64,000 bases of DNA from a virus (Duplodnaviria; Caudoviricetes), in the IMG/VR virus record IMGVR_UViG_3300028920_000023; one strand, written 5' to 3'. Under the pieces are notes generated by a model. That model was not told where the DNA came from, made no database searches, and saw nothing but the letters and a program-made list of their open reading frames with translations. Below, in pieces: positions 55,094 to 63,661 of the stretch (the first letter of the stretch is position 1; every line of letters begins with the position of its first letter). A program made the position numbers and the translations under genes.

Positions 55094-55741
55094 CTAGTGA
55101 ATATCAAGCGACAAAGGAGACTCGTCATACTCCTCATCATATTCCTCATCATAATCATCCTCGGGCAATCCACTGCGATCAATACCATCTCTATCAGTAG
55201 AACCTAGCCCGTGTTCCTCAGCCTTCTTGCTATCAAATTTCTTCTCTTTAAAGATACACTCATCCGGAATAGCCATAAACCTATCAACCGCATTTTTCAA
55301 CTTATGCCCAGTAGCACCAGGAAAACTACATAACTCAACACAGACACCCTTGCTCTTAAGAGACTCAACAAGAGGAGTCATCTCGTTATCCCCAGAACAA
55401 AGAACAACCGTATCCAACCGAGAAGCAATCTCAAGAACCTCTACAGCAATACCAACATTCCAGTTGCCTCTGGCCTTCATCTTCCCATCACTGCCTTCTC
55501 GGATCTTAAGTTCTTTGACCCGTAATTCATACCCAAACCTCTGCAGAGCCTCCTTGAAGGCGCTTTGATTGACATCGGCTTTCTGTACAATATAAGCTAT
55601 CGCCCTTACGAGTTGCCTTCCCTGGACCAACTCCTCAAGGAATTTACCATATTCGATTTTGCCACAATGAATAGTCTTTGCTGAATAGAACATATTTTGA
55701 ACATCAACAAAGATACCCACACGCTGTGAATTGTGTGTCAT
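55094..55741 (-). CDS. NYN domain (LabA/DUF88-like) protein
   Basis: RVGIFVDVQNMFY, LVRAIAY, VVLCSGDNEMTPLVESLKSKGVCVEL. Confidence 0.85.
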   Translation of the reverse strand: MTHNSQRVGIFVDVQNMFYSAKTIHCGKIEYGKFLEELVQGRQLVRAIAYIVQKADVNQSAFKEALQRFGYELRVKELKIREGSDGKMKARGNWNVGIAVEVLEIASRLDTVVLCSGDNEMTPLVESLKSKGVCVELCSFPGATGHKLKNAVDRFMAIPDECIFKEKKFDSKKAEEHGLGSTDRDGIDRSGLPEDDYDEEYDEEYDESPLSLDIH

Positions 55742-55750
55742 AACTTCCCC

Positions 55751-56281
55751 CTATAGGCTGCTGTACAGCCCCATTAACCAAGACATCAGTGCGAGCTTAG
55801 CCTTCCCAAGACCATTCTCAGACACCCACTGAACGTCCAAAAAACCATCAATGAAAACCGCCTTAACTGGTTCATTCACAACAATAACACGATCACAAAA
55901 GAACCAATCAGGGCACTTGTCCAAGGACATATCGATTTCTTCGCCATTCGGAAGTACATCCAGAGCTTCAGCAACCAGAATCTCATCCGGGTTCATCTCT
56001 ATAAAAGCAACCATATCATGTCTTTGATTTGGTCTCATTCTAGACGAAATAGGCAGATGCTTTTCATCCCCAATCGCACAATAAGCCAAAAACAATCTGG
56101 CTAAATGCTCTTTTCTCAGCTCATTAAAAGCCCATGACAAAGCACGAGACTCGTCCTGATGCTGTTTTGTCACATTCTCCGGATTCCCTCTCATATCCGC
56201 CAAAGAGGAGAGCCTCACACCCAGATTACGTAACAAAGCCAAGTTACGGATTATCCTACTCATTTTGTCCCCTGGAAACAT
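55751..56281 (-). CDS. Hypothetical protein
   Basis: 176-aa ORF. Confidence 0.65.
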   Translation of the reverse strand: MFPGDKMSRIIRNLALLRNLGVRLSSLADMRGNPENVTKQHQDESRALSWAFNELRKEHLARLFLAYCAIGDEKHLPISSRMRPNQRHDMVAFIEMNPDEILVAEALDVLPNGEEIDMSLDKCPDWFFCDRVIVVNEPVKAVFIDGFLDVQWVSENGLGKAKLALMSWLMGLYSSL

Positions 56282-56308
56282 AGTATCAATAGGAATATGT
56301 CGTGAAAA

Positions 56309-58003
56309 TTATCTAGGATCCACAGGAGGAACTTTGAAATTACCCTTCTCAAAAAAGAACTTCAGATCTAGATTACCGAGCGTGATCACCTCATTAAAAC
56401 CAACGCCAGGATTATCCGGATCAGCGATCTTATTAGTCTCAATAATATCATCAGCAGGACTGAAGATATTCGTATAAGAAACACCAGGAACATTCTGAAT
56501 CACATCATATAAATTAGACAAAAACATCCCAGTACCCATCTCAAAATTATTAATATTGAAGAAATCACGAATAGCATCTTCAACAGCCACCTTGACAGTA
56601 CCAGAATCAGCATTCCGGCTCATAACAACACTAGCCTCAACATCAATAGGCTTAATAGCACCATCATAAATCCTAACCTCATCCGTCAAAACATTAATAC
56701 GACTGAAGAAATCAACCAAACCCCTCTTAAGCCCACTATTAGGTCTGACAGGAGTCTGATCAGGACCCTCAGCAAGAGCATAAACCTCCACAATATTCCT
56801 ATTCACGAAATCATTCTGAATAATAGCAACACCTTCTGCAACAGAAGGAGCAGCCTGCACAGCCTTTACTACAGAATCAAAATCCTGATCAACACCCGTC
56901 CTGAGAGTACCAATAGCCTTAGAAACAGAACCAAAAACCGGATGTGTAAAATTCTTAGCTAAAATACCATAATCCTCACTAGTAACAGCATTCTCCTGCG
57001 TAGAGAACTCTCTAGGAGCACGCCTTTTAGCCTCCTCAACCGTCTCAGCATCAGTACCACCAGAAGACGGATTCGGATTCCTAAACAAAGCCTCAACAGC
57101 AGCATTATAAGGAGCATCAGGAATAACTGGTCTAGTATCGTTAATAGCACCAGAACCAATACGACCACGAATACCACCACCAGTACGATACCTAACCGTA
57201 ATCTCCTGGCCAGTTAAAGGAGACTTACCAGCAATATCATTGCCAAATCGAATCCTAGAGCTATTCTCCAGATGAATAACCTCGTATACCTCCTCATCTG
57301 CAGAAGCTTTCTCTAGGATATCGACCCTGCGCCATACAGACACTTCAGAACCAGTTCTAACCTCAACCCTAATCGGTTCATCAAGAACATTGCTTTGTTC
57401 AATCTCAATACTCTGATCTGTACCACCGGGCGAGCTAATAATGAGAGGAGTGCCGGTCTTACCCTCTATACCATAAGCTACAATGCCCTTCTTGCCAGCG
57501 GGTACAATTATATCCGAAGTAAAATCGCCCGGAGCCCTAAATATCTCATATGTCAAAGGCTGGTTATCCGGACCTCTAATACTAAAGCTAGTGCCAGCGG
57601 GGACTTTAATCTCAGTCGGCAGAGGAGAATCTATGGTAATCAGCACATCCACCGTAGCTGGGGTAGCTCTCTGGATATCTTGGTTGATTAACTGAAGGTG
57701 ATTGGATACGGCTTCTCTTGTCTGGGCCGTCGGCAGGAACGATTCGTCCACAAGAATGTCTGCACGTTGTGATAAATTACCGCCTATAAAAGACAGTAAT
57801 TCAAGAAGCATAATTATACCATTATTAGCTACATAATCATTAAAGTCATTCGGATAATACGTTCGTAAGTATTCGATACCAGCTCTGCGGAACGCCTCAA
57901 AATCAAGCGCGGAATAATCCAGCCTACGCAGCTCCGCAGGATCTAAAACGACACCGAATTCCTCCGGAGCATTAGGAAGTTTAAATAAAACATTCTCAGC
58001 CAT
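56309..58003 (-). CDS. Baseplate wedge subunit (gp6/J-like)
   Basis: LDYSALDFEAFR...DYVANNGIIMLLELL...ESFLPTAQTRE, IRFGND, SSGGTDAET.EE.KRRAP...AVTSEDY. Confidence 0.88.
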   Translation of the reverse strand: MAENVLFKLPNAPEEFGVVLDPAELRRLDYSALDFEAFRRAGIEYLRTYYPNDFNDYVANNGIIMLLELLSFIGGNLSQRADILVDESFLPTAQTREAVSNHLQLINQDIQRATPATVDVLITIDSPLPTEIKVPAGTSFSIRGPDNQPLTYEIFRAPGDFTSDIIVPAGKKGIVAYGIEGKTGTPLIISSPGGTDQSIEIEQSNVLDEPIRVEVRTGSEVSVWRRVDILEKASADEEVYEVIHLENSSRIRFGNDIAGKSPLTGQEITVRYRTGGGIRGRIGSGAINDTRPVIPDAPYNAAVEALFRNPNPSSGGTDAETVEEAKRRAPREFSTQENAVTSEDYGILAKNFTHPVFGSVSKAIGTLRTGVDQDFDSVVKAVQAAPSVAEGVAIIQNDFVNRNIVEVYALAEGPDQTPVRPNSGLKRGLVDFFSRINVLTDEVRIYDGAIKPIDVEASVVMSRNADSGTVKVAVEDAIRDFFNINNFEMGTGMFLSNLYDVIQNVPGVSYTNIFSPADDIIETNKIADPDNPGVGFNEVITLGNLDLKFFFEKGNFKVPPVDPR

Positions 58004-59453
58004 ATAATTCCTTTACAAATCTTATTCTTCTTCCAGTGTATATTTTTCTATATCCGAACTTTACTGCAAAATCTGATTCTTTCATCCTTATCGATCTAGC
58101 ATGAACATATAAAGTTTTCTTATGTATAATATGCCCGTTGGAATCTACATACCAATAACTAGGCTTGTTACAACCGTCTTCCATCCATCCAGACGCTTTA
58201 TAAATGGTCCCCAAATGTTGGAAGGCCTCATCAGAAAATGCCAATAGATATTTCACATATGTTCTGTTCTTTTTTATAAACTTCACACATCTGGACAAAA
58301 ACCAAGACGATAAATTATGAGAATAATACCCAGGATTAAGACAGAATTTATTTAATTCTAATACCTGGTGAGGCTCTGCCCCTAACCTATCAGCGCTCTC
58401 TTTTCTAGTAATCGAGGAAAAAGAAGATACACCAATAAGTATAGTACGATGATAAATTCCAAAGTATGTTCCTCCTCTCCCACCTTTTGTCATATAATGA
58501 TACTTCGATAAAAATTCATCGCCCTCCTTACGATTAATTACGCAGAAATTTATAGATTCCTTGTCAATATGTCTTATTTCCTCCGTCTTTCCCAAGATTT
58601 CGAATATTCTATCTCTAATTCTATTCTTAGCTAAGAATTCGTGTTCCCATAATATCAACAAATCGTAATCCTTCGCCAATTTCTCATTATAGAACTTCAT
58701 AAATTTCTTATCTTTCTCAACCCGTTCCGGTATAAACCTGTGATGGTAATCTCCATTTACGAATATAATACACGGCCTATCGGACAAGATCATCGCATCA
58801 CATCTATAAGAACCAAAAGATAATTTTCTAATATCTTCAGGCTCCTTATAATATTCTAAACCTAAATCATCTAGTATCGAATATAAAATTAATTGATTAG
58901 AACTGATCCAATTGTGGTTGTTGCTTATTCTTTCCATCCCAGAAAACCAAGCTTCTCTAAATTTTTTAGTTCTCCATAATTCTTTCATCTTAACTGACGC
59001 AGATCTTCTCATCTCCTCTGTATAGGGCTTCCTCAACTTCATCTTTGCTGCTTTAACAGGATCACAATATGCTTTATTAACAGCATCGGATATTTTACGT
59101 CTAAAATCCTCGGTCACTAATGATAAAGACATTTTACGACTTAGTTCGCGGTTTTCCTGTCTACGCTGAGTAGAGGCCGAAGCACTGTGGGCATTCTTTC
59201 TTTGCTCTTCTGTAAGAGATAACAATTTCATAATACTTTTACTCTTATCAATCTTACTAATCATATTGTGTCTATATTTCTCATCTTTCCATAGTCTCTT
59301 TAAATTCTGGGAATTTTTATTTCCTATTTTCTCATACATACATTTTCTGCAATTTTTCGTACCTTTCGATCTTCTATTATATAGAGCCCTCTTAGTTAAC
59401 TCGATATTCCTATTGCAATTAGGGCAAGAAATAATCACCTTCTCAGACATCAT
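57996..59453 (-). CDS. Zn-ribbon/helical repeat + degenerate Vsr/DUF559-like nuclease + Mom-like GNAT fusion (copy 3)
   Basis: CPNC...CRKC, LWKDEKYR; SYRCDAMI...IIFVNGDYHH...LWEHEF; YHYM...LELNKF...LAFSDEAFQHLGTIYKASGW; overlaps both neighbours. Confidence 0.8.
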   Translation of the reverse strand: MMSEKVIISCPNCNRNIELTKRALYNRRSKGTKNCRKCMYEKIGNKNSQNLKRLWKDEKYRHNMISKIDKSKSIMKLLSLTEEQRKNAHSASASTQRRQENRELSRKMSLSLVTEDFRRKISDAVNKAYCDPVKAAKMKLRKPYTEEMRRSASVKMKELWRTKKFREAWFSGMERISNNHNWISSNQLILYSILDDLGLEYYKEPEDIRKLSFGSYRCDAMILSDRPCIIFVNGDYHHRFIPERVEKDKKFMKFYNEKLAKDYDLLILWEHEFLAKNRIRDRIFEILGKTEEIRHIDKESINFCVINRKEGDEFLSKYHYMTKGGRGGTYFGIYHRTILIGVSSFSSITRKESADRLGAEPHQVLELNKFCLNPGYYSHNLSSWFLSRCVKFIKKNRTYVKYLLAFSDEAFQHLGTIYKASGWMEDGCNKPSYWYVDSNGHIIHKKTLYVHARSIRMKESDFAVKFGYRKIYTGRRIRFVKELYG

Positions 59454-59896
59454 CTAGCCGTCTCCAACCTAGCCGTAGGTATATCAAGCTCCACTAAAAG
59501 ATCATAATTCCCCGGATTACCACTAGGATCAAATAATTCCTCAGCCTCATCCGGAGTAAATTTATCCAACTTAAAATAACCATAAATCTTAATCTCCAAT
59601 AAATTCCTAGAATCATCAGAATTCAAAACAACCTCTCTAACCTGCACTCTCCTCTCATACGTGCTAATAGCCTCACGAATATCATTCTCCAACTCATCCA
59701 AAGACTGTTCATCCATATTATCGAACACAAATGTACGAATCCGAGTACCAAAATCAGGCCGCATCACCCGTTCATCAGGAGCTGTAAGCAACAACTGGAC
59801 AAGATCATTCTTTATAAGACGCTCACCCTCCTGCCTAGATAAAATATTCTCCTGACCACCAATAAAAGGCGCATTATAGCCAAAATACTTGATCAT
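59450..59896 (-). CDS. gp25: Baseplate wedge / sheath initiator, gp25-like
   Basis: IKNDLVQLLLTAPDERVMRPDFGTRIRTFVFD...AISTYERRV. Confidence 0.88.
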   Translation of the reverse strand: MIKYFGYNAPFIGGQENILSRQEGERLIKNDLVQLLLTAPDERVMRPDFGTRIRTFVFDNMDEQSLDELENDIREAISTYERRVQVREVVLNSDDSRNLLEIKIYGYFKLDKFTPDEAEELFDPSGNPGNYDLLVELDIPTARLETAR

Positions 59897-60609
59897 CGCA
59901 CCATCTCCCTAACAACCAAAATCTCATCATAAACATCCTTAGCCAATTCATTCAGATCATTCCCATACTCAATCAAACGATCTCTCTCAGCAACCAACTC
60001 CTCCTCCCTCTGAACCAATTTCTCATATATCTCAGACCCAGTAGCCCCTATAACAGCAGAAGCTGCGTTCTTGATCTTCCTAACCTCACTGAGCTGCTTA
60101 TTAGAGTCAGAAATCTTGGTCTCATTATCCTTGATATCAGACTGAATCTCGTTATAATCTTTAATCAACTCATTAAGCTGGTCCTGCGACTTCTGTATAA
60201 GCTCAGAAGCTTCCTCTTCTGTGAGGCCGGCAGCCTCCAAATTCAAACGATTCGTGTTCTGCTGCAGTTCCAAAACAGCCGGAATCTCTGGGAAAGAAAG
60301 CTCAGGCACGTCCTCATCACCAAATTCAAGAACCTGGCCGACCTCATAACCCTTCTGGCCATCGCCAACCAAAGTATTGGCACCAGAAGAAACATTAAAA
60401 ATATAATCCCCATACGTAGAACGCCTCTGATTATAAGTATAAATCTTGGGAGGGAGAGGCCTTAATTCCTCACCCCTAAACAATTGTCTAGTGATACTCG
60501 TATCCCTTGGAGGATCTTCACTGCTTATAATAAAAGTTACACTCTGATTATCAGAAGCCTCTTTAGGTAATAGAGGAGAATATAAAGCCGTAGGAAATTC
60601 AATTATCAA
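59893..60609 (-). CDS. Hypothetical baseplate-region protein
   Basis: 238 aa with a C-terminal coiled coil. Confidence 0.7.
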   Translation of the reverse strand: MIIEFPTALYSPLLPKEASDNQSVTFIISSEDPPRDTSITRQLFRGEELRPLPPKIYTYNQRRSTYGDYIFNVSSGANTLVGDGQKGYEVGQVLEFGDEDVPELSFPEIPAVLELQQNTNRLNLEAAGLTEEEASELIQKSQDQLNELIKDYNEIQSDIKDNETKISDSNKQLSEVRKIKNAASAVIGATGSEIYEKLVQREEELVAERDRLIEYGNDLNELAKDVYDEILVVREMVR

Positions 60610-60619
60610 AGCATTCTCC

Positions 60620-62794
60620 TCAGTCGCAGGAAGTTATAACGTTCTCGTCTACTTCCTCAGGAGTATATTCGACAAACGCCCTATCCTCTGGCTTCCTCTT
60701 ATCCTGTTTGATCTCCTGCGGATCAAGCGGTGTATTTCCACTACCAGCTTCTTCTTGTGCGCCCCCACCAGGTGCAGCACCGGGAAGAAAACCATTCAAT
60801 TCAGGAGCATTCACAGCCACATCAGTATTAACACCATTACCAGCCAACTGCAAATGCCCAGAACCAGAAGACTCGAAATCTATATTAGAACCAGCTTTGA
60901 ATGAAATCCTGTTAGCAGCCTTAAATGCTATATTCCTACCAGAGACAATCTCGATATCCTGTTGACAATAAATCTGAATCTTACCATTCTCATTATTCCG
61001 GATAATAACTGTATCGTTCTTATCATTAATGACGATATACTGTTCTTTACCCTCTTTAGCCCTAAGAACACTTATACCCTCGTTCTTAGATAGCCATAAA
61101 CCACGATCCTCAATATCGACAACCTCAGTCCATGCACCATCCTGACCTACCCTACCATCACGAGCCTCCAAACCCTGGTTAATACCACCCTCCGCAGAAG
61201 CCAAACCAAGAGGCTCGTCTCTCCTACCATTATCTCCTCCGGCAGCTGTCTTTAGTCTAAGATAACCATTATGCTTATCTAACTTAAAATGATAAGTATC
61301 CTTCTCAGGTTCTTCCGTCATCGCTACCTTAGTAGCAAATTCGTTCTCTTCTAATTTCTTCCATTCACGAGATACCTCCGAGTCGGTATCTGTGCACGCC
61401 ATAATATAATCTTCTCTATCATTTAATTCTACGATCTTGGATTTAGGAGAATACCATCTTGTTGTATTTAATTCGTCTTTATCGATAGCTTCAAAACCAA
61501 AACCCCTCGCTGCTCCAGGGCTGTCCGTCCAGCTTCTTCTGGTTTTAAGCAGCCAGCCATTACCTCTGGGGAGTTCCTCTGCCTCAGCATCTGTTGGACT
61601 TGTCCCCCTATCATCTAATACAAACTTAAACCCATATCTTGTCACAAAACGCATCTGCCGAGAGTCACGTTTTGTCCAACCATGCTCTTCCTCTAAATCA
61701 CCCTTAGATCCTACTTCATCTATAAGTTTCTTCTTATAGAATTCATCCTCCGAGGGATGGAAACCTATGTCCATTAACTGGATCAGATGTCCACCTTTAG
61801 TTCTCCATTTCATCCATCTCTCATCAGATTTTGCATTTCTAGATAATATCCTCTGTGGGCCATACTCATCGGATCTACTGGTGCCACCTACGGCACTACA
61901 CCCGGACATCGATCCGCCTTGTTGCGCCCATCCTACGTCTCTCATTTCGAATTTATGACCAGCTCTAGTTAGAATTAGGTATTTTCTTTGGTCCTGCTCA
62001 TTAGAGTCTGGTTGATCTTCGTTCAATAGTCTAGTTAGGTATTTGCTGCGTTCTATTTCAAAATCCCGGTCTTTCTCAAAATCGCCTTCGAATTCTCCTA
62101 ATGATCCTTCTTTTTTCCAATAGTACCCCACATCTGATTGTAGAACCAATATTCCGTATTTGGTTACTTCTGTAACGTATTTCCTGTCTGGGTTGTTTAT
62201 TTCGGGTTTTGCGCCTATGTCGAAGTTTCGTCTGGCTATGGCGTCTGTGTCTGGATCGGCTGGTTTTATATCGTGTTCTACTGGGAAGTATCCTACGGAA
62301 CTTGCTATTTTGTAGTTTCCATAACGGTCTCTTTGGCCGTTTGACATTGGTCTGTAGTCTTTTGGTAGGTATTCTTGTAGGTAATCGTCTGGTGTTTCGT
62401 CGGCACTTCCGTCTAGTTTGAGTGCTAGTGGGCTTGGGTGATATATGGATTCTAGTGGGTATCGTTTTCTTCTTGTTCCAGATGCGAATCCGCACCAGAT
62501 TGGTCCGTAGGGGTGGTTTTTCTCCCAGGTTATCCAGATTATGTCGCCGATTATGGGGTGTGTCCAGGACCCGGCGTTTTTACCTCCTAGGTAGGGTGCT
62601 GGTATTGCCCATGGACATTCTGTGTTTCTGATGTCTTCGTCGTGTAGTTCGGGGCATTTGAATCTTACTCGGTATATCTGTAGTGGGTCGTTTGTGTCTA
62701 TAACTAGGGCGCGATACCAGCCTGGAAAGCGGTTGAATAAGTCTTTAACTCTATTCTGGTGGAATTTCCCCCATACTTGTCCTAGATTGTCCAT
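60620..62794 (-). CDS. Baseplate hub/spike protein, gp5/VgrG-like
   Basis: N-terminal OB-fold signature YRALVIDTNDPLQIYRVRF...WAIP...PIIGDIIWITWE; C-terminal beta-helix-like region. Confidence 0.8.
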   Translation of the reverse strand: MDNLGQVWGKFHQNRVKDLFNRFPGWYRALVIDTNDPLQIYRVRFKCPELHDEDIRNTECPWAIPAPYLGGKNAGSWTHPIIGDIIWITWEKNHPYGPIWCGFASGTRRKRYPLESIYHPSPLALKLDGSADETPDDYLQEYLPKDYRPMSNGQRDRYGNYKIASSVGYFPVEHDIKPADPDTDAIARRNFDIGAKPEINNPDRKYVTEVTKYGILVLQSDVGYYWKKEGSLGEFEGDFEKDRDFEIERSKYLTRLLNEDQPDSNEQDQRKYLILTRAGHKFEMRDVGWAQQGGSMSGCSAVGGTSRSDEYGPQRILSRNAKSDERWMKWRTKGGHLIQLMDIGFHPSEDEFYKKKLIDEVGSKGDLEEEHGWTKRDSRQMRFVTRYGFKFVLDDRGTSPTDAEAEELPRGNGWLLKTRRSWTDSPGAARGFGFEAIDKDELNTTRWYSPKSKIVELNDREDYIMACTDTDSEVSREWKKLEENEFATKVAMTEEPEKDTYHFKLDKHNGYLRLKTAAGGDNGRRDEPLGLASAEGGINQGLEARDGRVGQDGAWTEVVDIEDRGLWLSKNEGISVLRAKEGKEQYIVINDKNDTVIIRNNENGKIQIYCQQDIEIVSGRNIAFKAANRISFKAGSNIDFESSGSGHLQLAGNGVNTDVAVNAPELNGFLPGAAPGGGAQEEAGSGNTPLDPQEIKQDKRKPEDRAFVEYTPEEVDENVITSCD

Positions 62795-63111
62795 TATAAT
62801 AGCCTCATTACTGAATCCTTATTGGGGAATTGTATTGTTTCCCCTGCTTGTGGCCATCCTAATGTATTTAGTGGTCTGTTGAACATTGTGATTACCCAGA
62901 ATAGGGATGGTGTTCCGTAATATTCTTGTGATATTAGGTCTGGTCTTCCTTGGTTAATTTGGTCTATTTTGATGGTTGTTATTTGTTCGTCGTTGAGGTT
63001 TTTTCTTTCTAGTTCTGGTGGTCTGTTCCATAGTCCGAATGTTTCTTTGCCGTCTTTTATGACGGGTTCGGTGTCTTTAAATCTTGAGAATTCGCTGGTT
63101 AGTATAGGCAT
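62794..63111 (-). CDS. Baseplate wedge gp53-like / LysM-type protein
   Basis: GRPDLISQEYYGTPSLFWVITMFN...AGETIQFP. Confidence 0.8.
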   Translation of the reverse strand: MPILTSEFSRFKDTEPVIKDGKETFGLWNRPPELERKNLNDEQITTIKIDQINQGRPDLISQEYYGTPSLFWVITMFNRPLNTLGWPQAGETIQFPNKDSVMRLL

Positions 63112-63114
63112 GTT

Positions 63115-63660
63115 TTAGTACCATGTGAGTGCTGGTTTCTGGAGATTCTTGTTTATTATCTTAGGGTCACTTGTCTTGGTGGCTAGATTCGTGGCCAGCT
63201 CTAGTAAGACAGCTACCTTAGTGTAAAGCGGGTGTATTCCTTGGTTTTCTATAATTTCTGGTCCAAAAGTTATATTGACGTCCCTTATTCTAAATTGGGT
63301 ATTTTGCGGTATTGTCTTAGTATATCTTACCTGCACAGTAGGATAAATCCGTTTATTTTTTATTTCAAATTCGAAGAAATAAGATTTTAGTTTCTTGAGT
63401 TCTAAACCGACTTTTGAACAATTGAATTTCCTATCCGAGGCCAAATATTCCCATTCCATATTGACCCTTCGGCCTTGAGATCCCTTATGAATTCTCAGTG
63501 GTTCATAAGACCATTGTGGTACTTCCATCCATAAGGAACTGTTGTTCTCAGAAACTAGCTTAGGAGCAAATTGAAATTCTATGCGCTTAGAATTATACAA
63601 TTTAAACCAACATTGCTCAGCTAATTTCTTATCAAATTGTCTCAATGATGAGTCTGGCAT
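63115..63660 (-). CDS. Tail tube initiator-like (gp48/gp54/Pvc7-type) protein
   Basis: IEFQFAP...NSSLW...EPLRIHKGSQGRRVNMEW; located after the tape-measure candidate. Confidence 0.55.
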   Translation of the reverse strand: MPDSSLRQFDKKLAEQCWFKLYNSKRIEFQFAPKLVSENNSSLWMEVPQWSYEPLRIHKGSQGRRVNMEWEYLASDRKFNCSKVGLELKKLKSYFFEFEIKNKRIYPTVQVRYTKTIPQNTQFRIRDVNITFGPEIIENQGIHPLYTKVAVLLELATNLATKTSDPKIINKNLQKPALTWY

Positions 63661-63661
63661 T

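Noticed and set aside
54544-55097. Several overlapping ORFs (54544, 54617, 54711)
   Set aside because: Shadow frames of the GC-rich gene 54627..55049, which has the promoter candidate upstream.
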